Assembly (NCBI GenBank): GCA_951406725.2
Contig: OX597827.1
Coordinates: 75,640,001-75,704,000, forward strand
Length of the DNA stretch: 64,000 bases
Origin: Octopus vulgaris
Taxonomy: Eukaryota
Reading direction: 5' to 3'
The position numbers and the translations under genes were made by a program. The notes beneath the pieces were generated by a model. The model had not been told where the DNA came from and did not search any database. It was given only the letters and a program-made list of their open reading frames with translations. This document shows, piece by piece, positions 12,807-24,640 of this stretch; position 1 is the stretch's first letter; each line of letters starts with the position of its first letter.

Positions 12807-13036
12807 GGCGGCGAGCTGACAGAATCGTTAGCACGCCGGGCGAAATGCGTGGCCGTATTTCATCTGCCGTTACGTTCTGAGTTCAAATTCCGCCGAGGTC
12901 GACTTTGCCTTTCATCCTTTCGGGGTCGATAAATTAAGTACCAGTTACGCACTGGGGTCGATGTAATCGATTAAAACCCTTTGTCTGTCCTTGTTTGTCC
13001 CCTCTGTGTTTAGCCCCTTGTGGGCAATAAAGAAAT
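12807..13036 (+). mobile_element. SINE family B, full length; the empty site is preserved at 18115-18204
   Basis: Full head, core and tail. The two flanks are contiguous in the copy at 18115-18204, with an AAG duplication at the junction. Confidence 0.92.
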
Positions 13037-13279
13037 AAGATGCCAGGAGATGGTGTTAAGCCAAGCAATACGCTGATGGTTAGAGATAAAACATAAGCAA
13101 GGAAAAGGTTCTGAAGTGACAGCAGGTCTAGGTTGTGGATTGATGGCAAGTGGGGGTTAAAGTGGATTATGTTACAATAGATGTAGTTCTGAAGAAGAAA
13201 GTTCCAGAAGCTGGGATGAAGCTTCATATTTTCTCTGTAAAAGACACTGGATCTACTTTATAAAAGAAGAAATGGTGAA

Positions 13280-13339
13280 AGAAAACAAACAACACAAACA
13301 TTGTCTCAGAAATCTGAAGAGAAACTGAAGAATTTTATT
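13280..13339 (-). terminator. Probable polyadenylation signal of the ZNF gene
   Basis: Minus-strand AATAAA at 13339-13334 followed by a GU-rich tract (TGTTTGTGTTGTTTGTTTTC, 13300-13281), about 270 nt after the stop codon. Confidence 0.55.
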
Positions 13340-13605
13340 GAAGATGCGGTCACTTGTAAGCATTATGTACTAAACTGTACTAATGTTGGTATGCATGTGT
13401 TCTAATACCATTTGGAGACATTAAAAAAAAAATCAACAACATCAGGGAGTAATATTGGCGGTCTGGCTATTTCACGCAGAAGACATATACAAGTTAAGCA
13501 GACACACACACACAAAAAACAAACTCTTACAAATGAAGAAGTCTGTCCAATTGAATAAAGAAGAAAAAATGAATGAAGAAAGGTTTCTTCCATTATATTA
13601 GACAA

Positions 13606-15960
13606 CTATTTTATACCACTCGTTTCTGGATTCTGATTTGTAATGTTCTTTGAAGGAGCGTGCATAGCTTGTAAGTTATTCCACGGCAATTGTTTGCCTT
13701 GTTTTACTCCGCATGAATATGAACCTGCCATATTGGGCCAAGTGGAGGTGAGTAGTGGTGGCATGGGGAATCCGCGGGACCAAACATAATTGTTGTTCTC
13801 CCAACTCTGAGGCAGGCTGCTGTGGAGATAGGGAGATGTTGGTGCATGTGTTGGGGAAATGTTTGACACCTGAGGTCGTACAGCATGAGGCAGAACTTGA
13901 GGTAAGTCTCCGTGTGGCTGTGAAACAATACTCTGTTGGTGGTTGTGTTGCTGCAGAAGACGATCAGTGACCTTCATACTGGACTTCTGTACATGTGATG
14001 ACGATGACGGCATTTTGTTGGAATGGTGTGTTCCTTGGTGTGACTGTGCTGTAGCTGGGGGAGACGAATTATATGACATCGGAGATTTATCATGTCCAGA
14101 GTCCTTCATCATTGTTGCTGGGGGTGAAGCAATATGAGGTTGTTGCTTTGAACCTGAAAAAACCTCCCCATCACAGTTTCGATTCCCACAGTCATCATTA
14201 TTATTAGCGAGTCTGTGATTCTTGCCGCCCATATTAGAATTAACCCCTCCAGTTTCTCTATTCAGTGCTGATGCCATGGGGCACTTGTGGTTATTCAGAT
14301 TAGCTTTCTGTGCAAAATTCTTACCACACTGACCACAGGCAAATGGTTTTTCGCCAGTATGAGTACGTAGATGAGTCTTCAGGTTGCCTTGCTGAGAAAA
14401 TTTCTCATGACAAAATTCACATTCAAATGGTTTCTCACCTGTGTGAGTCCGCTCGTGAGTCTTGAGAAAAAATTGATTACAAAATGCTTTTTTGCAGAAA
14501 CTGCAGAAATACAAATCACCAGAGTGTAACCGTTTATGATCATTGAGATTGTTTCGTTGTGAGAAAGCTTTATCACAGATGTCACAGATGAACGGCCTCT
14601 CTCCAGTATGAATTCTTAAATGTGTTTTTAAGTTGCCCCTTTGGGCAAAAGTCTTATTACAAAATTGACAATCGTAGGGTTTGTCCCCTGTGTGCACCCT
14701 CTCGTGGTTTCGAAGAAAGAATTCATTGCAGAAGCCTTTCTTACAGAAGGTACAGTAAAATAACTCACCTGTGTGAATGCGCTCATGAATCTTCAAGAAG
14801 AACTGATTGCAGAAAGCTTTCTTACAATACTGACAGAAAAACAAATTGCCAGTATGTAATCTGTTGTGATCATTTAAGCTGTTTCTTTGAGAGAACGCTT
14901 TGCCACATACTTCGCAGATAAATGGTTTTTCACCTGTGTGGATCCTCAGGTGTGTTCGGAAATTCCCTCGCTGAGCAAACAGTTTGCCACAGTAGTCACA
15001 AGTGAATGGTTTTTCACCGGTATGAGATCTTTCGTGGTTCTCAAGGAAAAACTGGTTGCAGAATGCTCTCTTGCAAAACTTACAAAAAAACATATTACCA
15101 GTGTGGAAGCGTTTGTGATCGTTGAGGCTGTTTCGTTGCGAAAACGCTTTAGAACATATATCACAGGTGAATGGTTTGTCTCCGGAATGGATACGGAGAT
15201 GCAGCTTTAAATTGCCAGCTTGACTGAATGCTTTATTGCATATGGTGCATTGAAATGGTTTCTCTCCAGTGTGTACACGCTGGTGATTTCGTAGATGGAT
15301 CTGTTGGGCAAAGCTTTTGTTGCATATATTACATGAATATGGTTTCTCTCCAAGATGTACTTGTTCATGAACTCTGAGTGCAAACTGCTTTGTAAAAACT
15401 TTCTTGCAGAAAGCACACTCAAATATAGTTTGGTTGTGGCCAGGCAGCATCATGGTAGATGCTGGCATAGTTCGAGGGGTTGTAATCATGGTGGGTTGTG
15501 GGGACACTGATGTAAAAGCAGGGTGTGGCTGTGGCTGTAGTTGGGCTGCTTGAGGAGATTCGTGGGATGCATGGCTACTGTTGCTATCCAAAGCCAGGGA
15601 GTCATTACGAGATATGCAAGTGGAATCCTCAATAGGCTGTTGAGGGGCTGGAGGGACCATGTGATTATCTTGATTGTTATTGATAGGGATCTGATTTTGT
15701 GAAGCATTTGAGAAATCTTCTGATGCTACAGTAGCTGCAAATTCTTGTGCCACAGCACAATCTGTGCTGCTAGCTTCTGGGGTCTCCATTGGGTTACCTT
15801 CTACAGGTGGAGAACTAGAATGTTGCTGAAATGATTTACCAGGTAGACTGCTTTTATCATTGTTTTTCAAGTGGTTCATCTGATAGAGGGGTTGGTCATA
15901 AATGGCAGTTTGGCTTGCAGCTGTGTATGGTGTTTGCACCGGATACATATCTTCACTCAC
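13606..15960 (-). CDS. C2H2 zinc-finger protein, 784 aa, single coding exon; 13 C2H2 fingers plus a terminal C2HC finger (14281-15423); low-complexity Q/S/P/N-rich termini
   Basis: Uninterrupted ORF with tandem CxxC-x12-HxxxH units and TGEKP-type linkers. No KRAB/BTB/SET domain visible. Confidence 0.96.
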   Translation of the reverse strand: MSEDMYPVQTPYTAASQTAIYDQPLYQMNHLKNNDKSSLPGKSFQQHSSSPPVEGNPMETPEASSTDCAVAQEFAATVASEDFSNASQNQIPINNNQDNHMVPPAPQQPIEDSTCISRNDSLALDSNSSHASHESPQAAQLQPQPHPAFTSVSPQPTMITTPRTMPASTMMLPGHNQTIFECAFCKKVFTKQFALRVHEQVHLGEKPYSCNICNKSFAQQIHLRNHQRVHTGEKPFQCTICNKAFSQAGNLKLHLRIHSGDKPFTCDICSKAFSQRNSLNDHKRFHTGNMFFCKFCKRAFCNQFFLENHERSHTGEKPFTCDYCGKLFAQRGNFRTHLRIHTGEKPFICEVCGKAFSQRNSLNDHNRLHTGNLFFCQYCKKAFCNQFFLKIHERIHTGELFYCTFCKKGFCNEFFLRNHERVHTGDKPYDCQFCNKTFAQRGNLKTHLRIHTGERPFICDICDKAFSQRNNLNDHKRLHSGDLYFCSFCKKAFCNQFFLKTHERTHTGEKPFECEFCHEKFSQQGNLKTHLRTHTGEKPFACGQCGKNFAQKANLNNHKCPMASALNRETGGVNSNMGGKNHRLANNNDDCGNRNCDGEVFSGSKQQPHIASPPATMMKDSGHDKSPMSYNSSPPATAQSHQGTHHSNKMPSSSSHVQKSSMKVTDRLLQQHNHQQSIVSQPHGDLPQVLPHAVRPQVSNISPTHAPTSPYLHSSLPQSWENNNYVWSRGFPMPPLLTSTWPNMAGSYSCGVKQGKQLPWNNLQAMHAPSKNITNQNPETSGIK

Positions 15961-16756
15961 TCACACTCTTTCACGTTTTCTCAACCTTGAGCTTTTATAT
16001 ATTTGTCTGTGTATATAATATATACATATATATATATGTATGTGTGTGTAGATGTATGCTTTTACTATATATAAAGATGATATATGTGCAAGGTTTGACT
16101 GAGTGTCTATAAATGTGTGTTTCCTTATATACATATAGATGATGAGAGTGATGTTTACAATGTGTGCATGTATTTTAACGTTCGTTGCACTTTAAATAGT
16201 TTACTCAATAAATAAACTCCCTCAAATACAAAGGCAGATATGAAAGACAAGGTTGTCAGAATAGACAACACTGGTATATCACATACACATGTGTCATGCA
16301 GGATGGGTTTTTGGCAGAAATATTGCCCCGTTTCACACTCGCTATTTGAATACCACAAAATGGATCGACCAGTTCTCAGACAAAAACTTTCATAGCAAAA
16401 TCAAATGATAATAATAATAATGGTTATTGTACTAATAGCAACAATAACAATGACTGTGATGCTTTCACTAAGATGTTCGCTAGTTCCTCTGAATGGTGTC
16501 CATTACTTTTCATTAGAAATCTCACAAGAAGTAAGATGCTATTTCAGCAGTTTCAGACGTGACTGATGAGGCCAGTTCCGGTTGACTTAATACGAAGGCA
16601 GACAGTCGATGGTCGAACTGACGAAATGGCCAGATGTACATCACTTGGTTGTTTGTTGACCATCACTTATGAGTGACAACATGGTTTCTGTCCTTGGTTC
16701 TCTTCCGCTTCAGCAAAACGAAGAAGCCCCGATGGGCTGGAGGCACGGTTCTAACA
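15961..16756 (-). other. Probable 5' UTR portion of the ZNF coding exon
   Basis: Minus-strand polypyrimidine acceptor TTTTCCTTTTCTGTTCTTTTTGACAG (AG at 16758-16757). Largely non-repetitive sequence runs from there to the ATG. Confidence 0.5.
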
Positions 16757-16836
16757 CTGTCAAAAAGAACAGAAAAGGAAAACAATGAGATAGGTAGAAA
16801 GTTAAGGATTACGAAGGAAAAGATTTATGTCTTGTC

Positions 16837-17063
16837 TTAACCCTTTAGCATTCAGATTATTCTATCAAAAATAATGCATATTGATTCCCATTGATTTGAA
16901 TTAATCATGCATTATCTCATATCTTCAAAATATTTATGGTGTAATTACTTAATGTAGAATAACATTGTAGGGTAGGTGTGAGAGCCTGGATCTGGTCAGT
17001 TTGAACATAAAACAGATTAGCTATTTTGGCCGGATATGGCCGGTTTAAATACTAATGGGTTAA
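16837..17063 (+). mobile_element. piggyBac-like MITE family P1
   Basis: TTAA-CCCTTTAGCATT...AATACTAATGGG-TTAA: TTAA target duplication with CCC/GGG termini. Confidence 0.8.
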
Positions 17064-17387
17064 AATACAACACAATGGTACCAAGAAAGTTTCTTCGGTC
17101 ATTAGTAGTCTCCATATAGTCCTTAATCAGATCGACATTATAACCAAATTTACGTCAACAAAACTCCCACTTGACTTTAACACTTTTAACACCAACCCAT
17201 CCAAACACACCATTGCTTAACTCCATTTAACCAATTGCCACTTAAACCACCTGTATCCATCTTAAAATTAAAGTATTCATATTTAGTTGGGAGGCAAGAA
17301 TTCCATCGTAGATTTATGTAAGAACCTTTCGCTAAGTTTTATACTCTAATGAACCATCCAAAACTTTGTAAAATAGGGATGGAATAA

Positions 17388-17435
<48 letters not shown>

Positions 17436-17438
<3 letters not shown>

Positions 17439-17677
17439 GTGGCACGTAAAAAGCACCATCTGATCATGGCCGTTTGCCAGCCTCGTCTGGCACCTGTGCC
17501 AGTGGCACGTAAAAAGTACCCAATACACTCACGGAGTGGTTGCCGTTAGGAAGGGCATCCAGCCATAGAAACATTGCCAGATCAGACTGGGCCTGGTGCA
17601 GCCTCCTGGCTTCCCAGACCCCAGTTGAACCATCCAACCCATGGAAAGCGGACGCTAAACAATGATGATGATGATGA
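17436..17677 (+). mobile_element. RTE 3' UTR fragment
   Basis: Hairpin units, GTTAGGAAGGGCATCCAGC core and (GAT)n tail. Confidence 0.85.
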
Positions 17678-18052
17678 TATGTGTGTGTGTGAGAGAGAGA
17701 GGGGGAGAGAGAAGAAGGTTGTTAAAGTGATAGCAGTAGAGAAGACACAGTGGGACAGCAGTAGGCACTGAGCATCTCTTTGACTCAGACAGCGCATCTA
17801 GGGACATTATCAATTGTGTCCTTCCATTTTTAAGACAGGGTGTGATTTAACAGAGATTTGGTAAGCTATATGTAACACCACACAAAACCTCTTTCATTGA
17901 CATGCAGGACACCAGTGGTAGCGTTGATGTGTGTGTGTTTATGGTTAAGGTGGGAATGGTTACTGATAACATGGTCACTGGTTCAAATTTGGGAAACCCT
18001 TGCATTGTAAGAATTTAGAACCTTCAAGAGATATGATCTTTTTTTTTCTTAA

Positions 18053-18469
18053 TAGATAAAGCTATAAATAATAACATGAAGAATATAGTGTTAAAAAAAA
18101 TCACTTGGATGGAAAAAACTGGAGATCTGGGTCAAATGCTTGCAACAGGGTAGATTCTACTGAAGGTAACCAAGATGCCAGGAGATGGTGTTAAGCCAAG
18201 CAATGGATCTGTCATAGATGGATCTGTTGGGCAAAGCTTTTGTTGCATATATTACATGAATATGGTTTCCCTCCAAGATGTACTTGTTCATGAACTCTGA
18301 GTGCAAACTGCTTTGTAAAAACTTTCTTGCAGAAAGCACACTCAAATATAGTTTGGTTGTGGCCAGGCAGCATCATGGTAGATGCCGGCATAGTTCGAGT
18401 TAACTTCTTTTCATCCAAGGGGTTTTTTTAATGCAATATTCAACATGCTATTATTTGTAGTTTTATCTA
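18053..18469. repeat. Old inverted repeat (arms ~18053-18120 and ~18400-18469) enclosing a templated insert
   Basis: Left arm TAGATAAAGCTATAAATAATAACATGAAGAATAT...CTTGGATGGAAA matches the reverse complement of the right arm TAGATAAAACTACAAATAATAGCATGTTGAATAT...CTTGGATGAAAA. Confidence 0.8.
18215..18399 (-). pseudogene. 185-bp duplicated fragment of the ZNF CDS (finger 1 and part of finger 2)
   Basis: Identical to 15292-15476 except 2 substitutions seen by eye. Confidence 0.95.
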
Positions 18470-18694
18470 CTTTGAGTTTTACTGCTAAAAAAAAACAAAT
18501 AACATCTCATTATGTTTGAAAATGGCCAGCAGCTTCTCAGAGCTGAGCTATCTAAAACAGACTGAAAGGGAATTTTAGGCCTTGTAGGGTAGTGTTGGCT
18601 ATATGATGAAGGCCCACATTCCAGTAGGGAGCTTGATAGTTTTAGCTGTTGGTGTTCTTTGTTTTTGTTTTGCTTTTCAGCATCTACATGAGTG

Positions 18695-19415
18695 TAAGCG
18701 TCCTGAGAGAAATGTTGGGCATAAGAAGCATTGGATGCAGCGTGCAGGAGAGACGATTGCGTTGGTACGGTCATGTACTACTGATGGACGAGTAGAGATG
18801 TGTGAAGAAGTGCCACTCCCAAACTGTTGAAGGAATCCAGGGTAGAGGTAGACCCAGGAAGACATGGGATGAGGGGGTCAAGCATGACCTTCGTACTTTG
18901 AGCCTCACAGAGGCTATGACAAAAGACTGAGACCTCTGGAGATATGCTGTGACTTCGAAGACCCAACAAATGAAGTGAGTTCATGGCTCGCAGGACGGCC
19001 TGCTGTGCTAACCTTGCATCATAGAGTGACCTGCTGTTCTTGAGGAGACCTGTTGAGTCAAGTTCGTCAACATCAAAAAATTCGAATGGAAATTGTACTT
19101 AAGACACCCATGCCAGTGACACGTAAAAAGCACCGTTCGAGCGTGGCAGTTACTAGCGTCCATGTCAGTGACACGTAAAAGCACCAACCAATCGTGGTCG
19201 TTTGCCAGCCTGCTCTGGCTCCTGTGCCGGTGGCACATAAAAAGCACCCACTACACTTACGGAGTGGTTGGCGTTAGGAAGGGCATCCAGCTGTAGAAAC
19301 ACTGCCAAATCAGACTGGAGCCTGGTGCAGCCTCCATGGCTTACCAGACCCCGGTCAAACCGTCCAACCCATGCTAGCATGGAAAACGGACGTTAAATGA
19401 TAATGATGATGATGA
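18695..19415 (+). mobile_element. RTE LINE 3' fragment
   Basis: Region equivalent to LRWYGHV...RGRPRKTW, followed by hairpin-unit UTR and (GAT)n. Confidence 0.85.
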
Positions 19416-19884
19416 CATGAGTGTATACTAAACTAGAATAATCAGAAATGGAAGAGCAACACTCATGACTCTTTTTAGGGTTTTCAAAACTGGAGGGAGC
19501 AAGAGAGGACATTATCCTCTGACTAGAGGCTATCAAGGCTAACCCATGCTGTAGCAGAGGAAGTACCCTTAACTAAATCCCCTCAAAATTTTTTAACCAT
19601 TTCAAAACTTGATTGAAAGCTTCAGACAGTGTTTTCTAGTTTAGTAAACACTCATGTAGATGTTGAAAAGTGAATCCCTTGCCACTCTGTTTCAGGTGTA
19701 AAATCTTAGGGCAACATGCTCCATGCTACAAATATTTTGTTAATTCAGCTATAGATCTGTTCCAACAGAGATGACTGAGGCCATCTAACAATACACTCCC
19801 TACTCAAAAACATTCAACTATCAAGTGAAAGTGGTGCCTATTGTCCATAGGGTAGACTGAGGCTAGCACGTGAAAGAGGTAGTG

Positions 19885-20040
19885 GAGGATTCGATGAGGA
19901 GGACTCAGTTGTTTGATCCACTGAACTGCTTATTCCACGTAAGTGGCTGAGCAATCCACAGATATGTGTTCCCTTAACATAACTCTCAAGTAGAGTTGAT
20001 ATGACACTTGTGTATGACAAGGCTGTGACTTTTGAAATAC
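19885..20040 (+). mobile_element. Degenerate SINE family C tail 1 fragment (same orientation as the copy at 29128, i.e. element on minus)
   Basis: AAGTGGCTGAGCAATCCACAGATATGTGTTCCCTTAACAT aligns with 2714-2752 and 29205-29240. Confidence 0.55.
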
Positions 20041-20431
20041 TGACAGGATCCACCCAAAAGGCTTCTGTCTCACTGATTTCACTCTCAACTCAAGGTTATA
20101 AAAACTGACATTTGTCCAGAATGCCTTACAGTGGGATCAAACCCAGGACCTCAGAGTTACAAGGCAAACTTTCTAACCATTCAGCAAAACTTCACCTACA
20201 AGAGCAGAATACAGTAACAATAAAGAAAAAATAGAGAGTAAATGGAATAAAGAGGGACTAAGATTAATGAAGGAACTAATTGCAAATAGATTTAAGCATA
20301 CAAAATGTTTTTCCTTATGATTTACATTATCCTTGCCCTCATTTTTCCAAGCTGGCATGGGTTGTTTAGATATCAAAGAACCTTAACATTTGGTGTAGTC
20401 CTTGGCCATCTGGCACACACAACGACAAAAC

Positions 20432-20659
20432 TTAACCCTTTAGTGTTTAGACCAGCCATATCCGGCCAAAATATTCTACCTATTTTATGTTCAAACTAGT
20501 CAGATATGGTCATTCATAGCTATCTTATTGTGCCATTTTAAAAACAAACAATCACATTATTGAAATCTCAAAGCCATGAAATGATGCAAGATTAATTTTA
20601 CATGGTGTGAATACATAAACATTACATTTGACAGAATAATCTGAATGCTAAAGGGTTAA
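20432..20659 (-). mobile_element. piggyBac-like MITE family P1, inverted relative to 16837-17063
   Basis: TTAACCCTTTAG...CTAAAGGGTTAA. The internal sequence is a diverged reverse complement of the 16837 copy. Confidence 0.8.
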
Positions 20660-22019
20660 ACATTTAATTTTATTTTAACATGGTTTTCACATCTGAATGG
20701 ACTTTTTATTACAAACCACTTTACATGAACTTTACACTTCCACAGTGAATGAGGACTATGGCTACAGCATCCACACTCCTCTATTGCAGCCAATTGTCAG
20801 ACATGCTCAGCATTCATGAGGGACGCAGCAAACTCAGTCAGTGCTGGCTCAACCCACCCTAGGTGAATGCCATTACAAGTAAGTACAACCATTTTACATT
20901 GTAGACTTGGTATATTTTATAGTGTCACTGGCACACGTGATAGGACAAAAGAGTCCTTTTTATCCTCTATCAGTTTTTACGGTTTTTCAGAGCTGTAGCA
21001 GAGAAAAAACCCTGAAATTGTGTTTTATATAGACATTGTAATCATCTGCAGCAAATCTTTATCAACATCTCTCTTTCTATAGATATTTGTATGCGTGTGT
21101 GTGTGTTAGGATGCATGGGACTATGTGTGATGGAAAGCACTTGTGGACCTGGATAGGTTGCCTGTATAGTGCAGTGTCTGAGCCCATGCCTTCTCTCATT
21201 ATTTTTTTTTGACTTGGTAGAAACCCTGGTGATAGCAGTGTCTACTAATTGATGGGACCCAATGATGAACTATGAAACATTAAAACACCTGAAGATAGCC
21301 ATTGGGTAATAGATGACCACCTCCTAAAATCTTTCAAACACAGCAATAACTAACAGATGCGGTTTAGGGAGAGACATAAGGTAGAAAATCAGGTGATAGA
21401 AGAGATTCCTTACATATGAAGGCACACAAAGAATTGTTTGTGTACATCTCCTGGGTACAACAGTGAGTGTTAATATGATGGATACTAGTGGTGTCATCAT
21501 AGGAGACAAAATAACAAATTACTTTCTTTCAAGTAATTTTACCTCAGTGATGTATTTTCTAACTTTTTTGTAGTTGTTGTTGCTTAGGTCTTCCTGTTTT
21601 AAGACAGTAAGGCATGCTTTATGAGAGATTTAGCTGCTATTTTTAATGGATTGAATAAACATATACAGCAATCTGGGAACTTCTTCAAATTTGAAACTAT
21701 TAATGAATGCTCTTTAGAGACAAAGTTTTTAAAGACATATAAAACAAGATGGTTTGAGCCTTAAAAAACAGTTGTTTGATATAAGTTTACATACTTAAGG
21801 ATTTGTAAAATTAAAGTTGTGTCTAACTTTAGGGGATTATTTGGAGTAGCTAAAGGATTTCCTACTTTTATACTTTTATTATTGACAGTTTGTGCAGACA
21901 AATTCAATGATTCTGTTTTTCTACAAAAGCATAGAGCTTTACAAAGAAGCAACAGCAGAGACGTCGAACTAAAGGATCAAATTAAGAAAGTTTGCAGAAA
22001 GACTTAAAATAAGAAGGAA

Positions 22020-23222
22020 TTTAGCTATGATAGGATGCAGGTTGGATTTGTGCCAAACTACATCTACAAGAGAGTTCTTAGCCAAGAGTAAGCCTCTATA
22101 CTGAGTATTCATTGACCTGGAGAAGATCTTTGACAGAGTTCCACACTATGTCTGGTAGTTCTTAAGAAAACTGAGTGTAGATGAACGACTTGTAAGAGAC
22201 ATGCAAGCTATGCACAGGGAATAGGGGTTCTGTCAGGAAAATGAAAGTTAGCAATGAGTTCAGATAAATATCCCCTACTATTCATTGTAGTCCTCCAAGC
22301 CATAACTGAAGAATTCAAGGCTGGCTGCCTGTGGGAAATTTTTATATACTAAAGAACTTGTTCTGAGAGCCAAGTATGTAAAAGAATTGAGGAAGAGCTC
22401 TGAACATAAAGCAGAGCATAGAATCAAGAGGATTAAAAGAACTGGATTTATGCAATATGCAGTAAAGCTATAGGTAAGAATGTGAACTATGGGGGCACAT
22501 TACAAGTACACTGACAGAGAAGAGGAACTTTGTATGTAGCAGACACACAAGCATAATTAATAGTAGAAGCACCATGAAATAAATCCTTTCAAATGCTCAG
22601 AAAGATCTCTCATAATAACTAATAGCCCATTACCTAGATGAACTAATTAGCAATAGAGATAGAGTTTTGGTATTCCAAAAGCATGGTAGCCAGAGAAAGA
22701 AAGTAGTGGGAAAGTTCAGAAAGCTATTATCTCTTCTATCACCAGAAGGATTCTCTCCATAAGTAAGGACAGACTATGCAATATTCAGTAGTGAAATATG
22801 GGTCTTGGATGAAGTAGATGTGCAGAGGCTAGAAAGAAATGAAGCAAGTAAGCTCCATTGGATATGTTTTGTTTGTGTGCGAAAATGATGGAGCAGATAT
22901 GATCTAACAGAAAGCCTGGTTATAACAGGAATCAGCTGTGGAGTGCAAGAGAGAAGGTTATGCTAGTATGGACAGGTAACACAAATAAAGGATGACAAAT
23001 GGGTAAAGAAATGCCAAACAATCAAAGTGAAAGGAATCTGCAGAAGAGAAAGATCAAAGAAATTATGGAAAGAAGTGGTAAAGACTGATCGTAGGAATCT
23101 AAACTTTACAAAGCAAATGACAAAGGATTAAAGATTAAAACAAGCGTGAGGCTGAGTAGGAGAAGAATCATCCAACCCATGTAAGCATGGATAAAGAAGC
23201 ATAAAATAATAATCACGATGAT
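22020..23222 (+). mobile_element. Old, highly degenerate RTE LINE
   Basis: Traces of LQE-FLAK, FIDLEKIFDRVP, EEFKAGCLW and RRL-WYG. Ends TCCAACCCATGTAAGCATGG. Confidence 0.75.
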
Positions 23223-23465
23223 AACTAAAGATTAGACGTCTTACAACATGTACCAACCAAACTTACTGACACACCAAAGTCTCTTTGGATTTTATATATA
23301 CATGTATGTCAGTGACAATATATATGTAACTACAAAAATCAAAGCCATATAACAGAAGCAGGGTACATGTAAAAAGCATGTATCTTCTTCCAAGAAGTGT
23401 TTCATTAAAATGAAAGATATACACTGAAACTGGATTTGTTATTTACATTCACGAAGGAAACCCAT

Positions 23466-23518
<53 letters not shown>

Positions 23519-24042
23519 ATATATTTGTGTGTTGTGAATATCATGGTTAGTGCTCCAAAATTTAAGAGAATTTAAAATCAAGTCGGTTTAATACTGAGAT
23601 GACACTCAACACAGTTAAAAACAAAGATAAACATTACAAATTCTAGAAAGCAAAGAGGAAAACCATTGTTTGTCTGTGTTGACATATATTACAAGAAAGT
23701 TCGTAAAATGAATAATTTCAGAGTGACATGACAAGAGATTTTTGACAGTTTAAAACAGGGTCTTCCCTAAGATGCACGTTCATATATACAGACAGAATGA
23801 TAGATATAAATGCAGATATATATATATATATGCACAGCCTTTTTTCAGGGGGGAACAAACTGTAAAACAAAGTTGTAAACATAAACATGCATACACTTAG
23901 ACACTCGCGTTAATTTGCTGATGTTGGCAAAAAATATATATATTTTTAATACCTAACTACAACTGATATATTACTTTACAGATGCAGACAAATACACGCA
24001 CATAAACGTATGTATGCATATAATGAGAAAATACACACACAC

Positions 24043-24093
<51 letters not shown>

Positions 24094-24142
24094 ACGCACA
24101 TGTACACGTATAAACATATGTACATTACATGTATATTTGTGT

Positions 24143-24185
<43 letters not shown>

Positions 24186-24424
24186 CACACACACATACAT
24201 ACAAACATATATATATGAAATTCTAAGGTGAGTACAGTGAATTACCTATATTATCGCATACATTACATCACACACACACACATTCAATATAAAATCCATT
24301 AAACCTACGCACACACATTATATACATCAATATATGTACACAGAAACACGGATGTCTGAAAGGGGACACACCTTCATATATAAACAGACAGACGTTGTGT
24401 AGGAGATGCAAGGGTTAACCTTAC

Positions 24425-24640
24425 CCGCTCTTGTCATCCATCCAACCTGTATTCCACCCGCTAACCCCACTAGCCTCCACCCTCGACTGAAAGCCATGCG
24501 ACACATAGACGTCTGTCTGTAGAACTGCTCGTCCGTCCGTCTGTTGTTACGCGTGCCCGGCCGCCGAGATTGATGGTGCCTGCGACTAGGTGTGAACAGG
24601 GTGGAGAAGAAGGGAGGAGGAAGAGGAGGAGGTCGAGGAG
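24425..24640 (-). promoter_or_regulatory. CpG-rich candidate first (non-coding) exon and promoter of the ZNF gene
   Basis: CpG-dense unique sequence ending in a minus-strand donor GCGG|GTAAGG (GT at 24424-24423). Confidence 0.45.

Noticed and set aside
16562-16600. CTGATGAG hammerhead-like core in the ZNF leader
   Set aside because: No GAAA after a closing stem II and no stem I or III pairing.
18115-18399. Processed retrocopy of a spliced ZNF transcript
   Set aside because: No GT-AG at the donor breakpoints, no poly(A), a templated filler at the junction, and one donor lies beyond the likely poly(A) site.
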